64,000 bases of DNA from Prorocentrum cordatum. Its lineage: Eukaryota. Position numbers and translations under genes: made by a program. The stretch covers positions 1 through 64,000 of the forward strand of contig CAUYUJ010000013.1 of assembly GCA_963575745.1 (NCBI GenBank). The letters are read 5' to 3'. The notes below the pieces were generated by a model that saw only the letters and a list, made by a program, of their open reading frames with translations, did no database searches and was not told where the DNA came from. Of this stretch, positions 61,431 to 64,000 are shown in pieces (positions within the stretch are counted from its first letter, which is position 1; every line of letters begins with the position of its first letter).

Positions 61431-61959
61431 CCCCGAGAGGCAACAATCAATGGTTTCTTTGGTTTTTCATAGTTTCTGGGGTCATCGTCTTCTCGAGCTT
61501 CCGACGCTCCAAGCGCCCCAAAACTGCCCAAGAGGCCCCCGCGAGGGCCTCAGGACGGCCCAAGAGGGTTCCAAGACGGCCCAAAGAGGGGCCCAAGACG
61601 GCCAAATGTTGAAAGTTGCCACATGAGGTCCCCAAGAGAGGCAAAGAGGGAGAATACGAACCGAACATCTCATCTGTCCACTCCCAAGACGCCCCCCAAA
61701 GGCCCCCAAAAGCGCCCAAGCGGTCCAAAAGAGGCCCCCAAGAAGCCCCAAGAGGCTCCCGAGAGGCCCAAATGGGGCCCCCAAACAGGCCCCAAGACGT
61801 TTCGAAACTGCTTCCAAGAGGCTCCGCCAGGCCGCCAAACAGCTCCCAAGACGCCCACGAGTCCCCAGATGGAGCGCAAGATGCTGACGACGCCTCGACC
61901 GTGGACTCCCTGCCTCCTCTGGGGGTCGGCGGTATGGCGTAGCCTCTTGGATAAACTAC

Positions 61960-62630
61960 GCGGCGTAAGGCGACGAATCCTCGCAAAGTACGCCGGATTC
62001 ACTTCTCCGAAACCACGATCCCGTGTAAATTACACCACGCTCGCGTCCTCGAGGCCACGACACCCTGCAAAGCATGCCAGACTTGCGAACACGATCCTTC
62101 GGACATTACACCACGTTCGCGGCCCGGAGGCCCCGATCCTTCGTAAATTGCACCAAAGCACCCAAGGACACGATCCCTGGTGCAAAACTCGCGCCCCCGA
62201 GGCCACGCCATCTTTTGAATTACGCCACACTCACGCCCCCGGGGCCACAATCGCTCGCAAATGCAGACGCATTCGCAATTCCGAAGCCACGATCGCTCGT
62301 GGATTACGCTTTTCTCGCGCCTGCGAACTCAAGATTCCTCTTAAATTACGCTGCCGTCGCGCCCCCGAGGCCACGCTACCCCGCAAATTACACCGCACTC
62401 GCGCCCCCCAAGTCATAACCCGTTGTAAATAGCGACGCTCGCGCTTCCGAGGCCACGATTCCGGATACACTACTCCAGATTCGCTTCTCCGAGCCCATCA
62501 TCCTCTTTTGAATGACACCACGTTCGCGGCCCCGAGGCCACGAGACCTCGCAAATTCCTCCACAGTCGCGCCCCCGAGGCCACGACCCCTTTGCAAATTA
62601 CGCCACGCTCGCGCCCCCCAGACTACGATC
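61960..62630. repeat. degenerate ~43-bp tandem repeat
   Basis: AAATTAC.CCAC..TCGCGCCCCCGAGGCCACGA recurs more than 10 times. Confidence 0.8.
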
Positions 62631-63239
62631 CCATTCAACATCTCGATACGTGTTGCTGATCGCAAGCCGTCCTCGCAGGACCCTCCCAGATGTCTTCAAG
62701 ACGGCGCCCAGACGTCCCCATGTTGCGTTGATAAATGGAGCGAGGTCCTTACGAATTCGAAGGGACCCCTCGCGCGACAGTCGGCCCGAGAGCTTTCTGA
62801 GACACGGGGGCCTCTGAGACTTTATGAAATCTCATGCAAGACCTCGCGACGGCTTGTAGGAAGCATGTTGGAACTCCAGCCTTTTTCAAGCTTCGTGGAG
62901 GCCTCAAGGGGGTCGGGCGGCTTGGGCCCTTTGAGGGAGGCTGTTGGCGCGTGTCAGGGCCCTTTGGGGGCGCCTTGGGGCCTTGAACTGTTCCCTGTAC
63001 TGGGCTCTGATCGCCTAATGCTTGTCTACCTTGGTTTGGCTCTGGCGCGGTCCGCCATCTCCTCGTCCGCGAAATGAACGCGCAGGATCATCGACTGGCA
63101 CGTCACGCATTCCGCATAGCGGCCGTGCCGGTTGTTCGAGGGCCATCAGGCTCGAGGCGGGCGCGCGCATTCCGCCGGACCCTCGCGCTGCTCGACGGCG
63201 CTCGGCACGAGCGTCGAGGCGGGTGGAACCTGAGCGCGC

Positions 63240-63990
63240 GCGCAGGTGCCAGGCGATCCCCAGGACGAACCGGCGCCAACGGCGGGAGGGCAGCTCCAGC
63301 TTCGCGTAGCCCTTCACGAAGCAAGACCCTTCCCGCTCGGCCGTCGCCTCGAGGACCAGCGTGGCCTCCAGCTCCTCGCTGACCAGCGGCGCGCCCAGCA
63401 GCTCCCCCCGCACCTCCATCTCCGCGCCCCCAGGCCCGTCCTCGAGGGCGCTCGCGGCTCGCGATCGGAGCGCGCCCAGGTCGACGCGCGCCCCCCTGAT
63501 GATCTCCCCATGGCCCCGCCTCGGGGCGCGCGGCGACTTGCCGCGCGGGCCCCTCTTGCTGATGCCGCGCCCACCGCTGGGCGACATCTCGAACGCGGCT
63601 GGCTTTCTGGCCCGGGGCACTCGCGGGCCCCCCTGGCATTCGAGCCGACAGCGCCGGAAAAGATGGCCCGGGCCCGCCGACTTGCAACCCCGCCGCGGCC
63701 CCGCTGGAAGAAAGAGGAGAGGAGGGGGGGGCTGCCCGGGCTGCCGTGGAACACTGGTCGCGACTACCTAACCCCTCCCCGCGGCCCTGGATCAGGAATC
63801 GCTGGGCGGGCAGCTGCAGGGAGTCCTGGATCTCGCGGAGCAGGGGGAGCTGGCAGGGCGGGCGGCGCATTAGATCGACCGGGCGGCGGCCGGGCGGGCG
63901 CGCGACCAGATCGAACGCCGCCCGACGGCCCATGACGTCCACGCTCATCTGGTTCTTGCAGGGGTCGATCACGGAGCCGAGAGACGAAAG
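63240..63990 (-). CDS. possible exons of an unidentified host gene
   Basis: GC3-rich coding-like segments SVIDPCKNQMSVDVM (~63930-63980), LPLLREIQDSLQLPAQRFLIQ (~63787-63849) and EIIRGARVDL...CFVKGYAKLELP...FVLGIAW (~63245-63510). Boundaries uncertain. Confidence 0.35.
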
Positions 63991-64000
63991 GGACCTTGCA

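Overview
This is repeat-dense, GC-rich eukaryotic DNA. It is almost certainly dinoflagellate, because two near-perfect copies of the 22-nt dinoflagellate spliced leader (DinoSL, DCCGTAGCCATTTTGGCTCAAG) and one relict SL are present. Main contents: (1) An intact, very recent Ty1/copia LTR retrotransposon (51137-57672, minus strand) with 99-bp LTRs, an ATCAT target-site duplication (TSD), a tRNA-iMet-type PBS and a PPT. Its Pol carries an extra ~225-aa C5 cytosine DNA-methyltransferase-like domain between integrase and RT. Its gag-protease and IN-MTase-RT-RNaseH frames are joined by a canonical G_GGA_AAC -1 slippery site. (2) A full-length but decayed LINE (4234-10316; ORF1 plus APE-RT-RNaseH ORF2) that starts exactly with a DinoSL and is flanked by a 16-bp TSD. 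It sits back-to-back with a second SL+relict-SL-headed retrocopy on the other strand. (3) A second LINE fragment whose linker seeds a 102-bp tandem array. (4) Many non-autonomous DNA elements: TA- and TTAA-flanked MITEs, a foldback element, Helentron/HINE-like satellite-carrying elements, and families ending in GCGAAGC mini-hairpins. (5) Satellites and long microsatellites. No complete host gene can be called; a few possible minus-strand micro-exons are noted at low confidence. Most ORFs in the supplied track are low-complexity or GC-bias artefacts. All calls are by eye and no database search was run.
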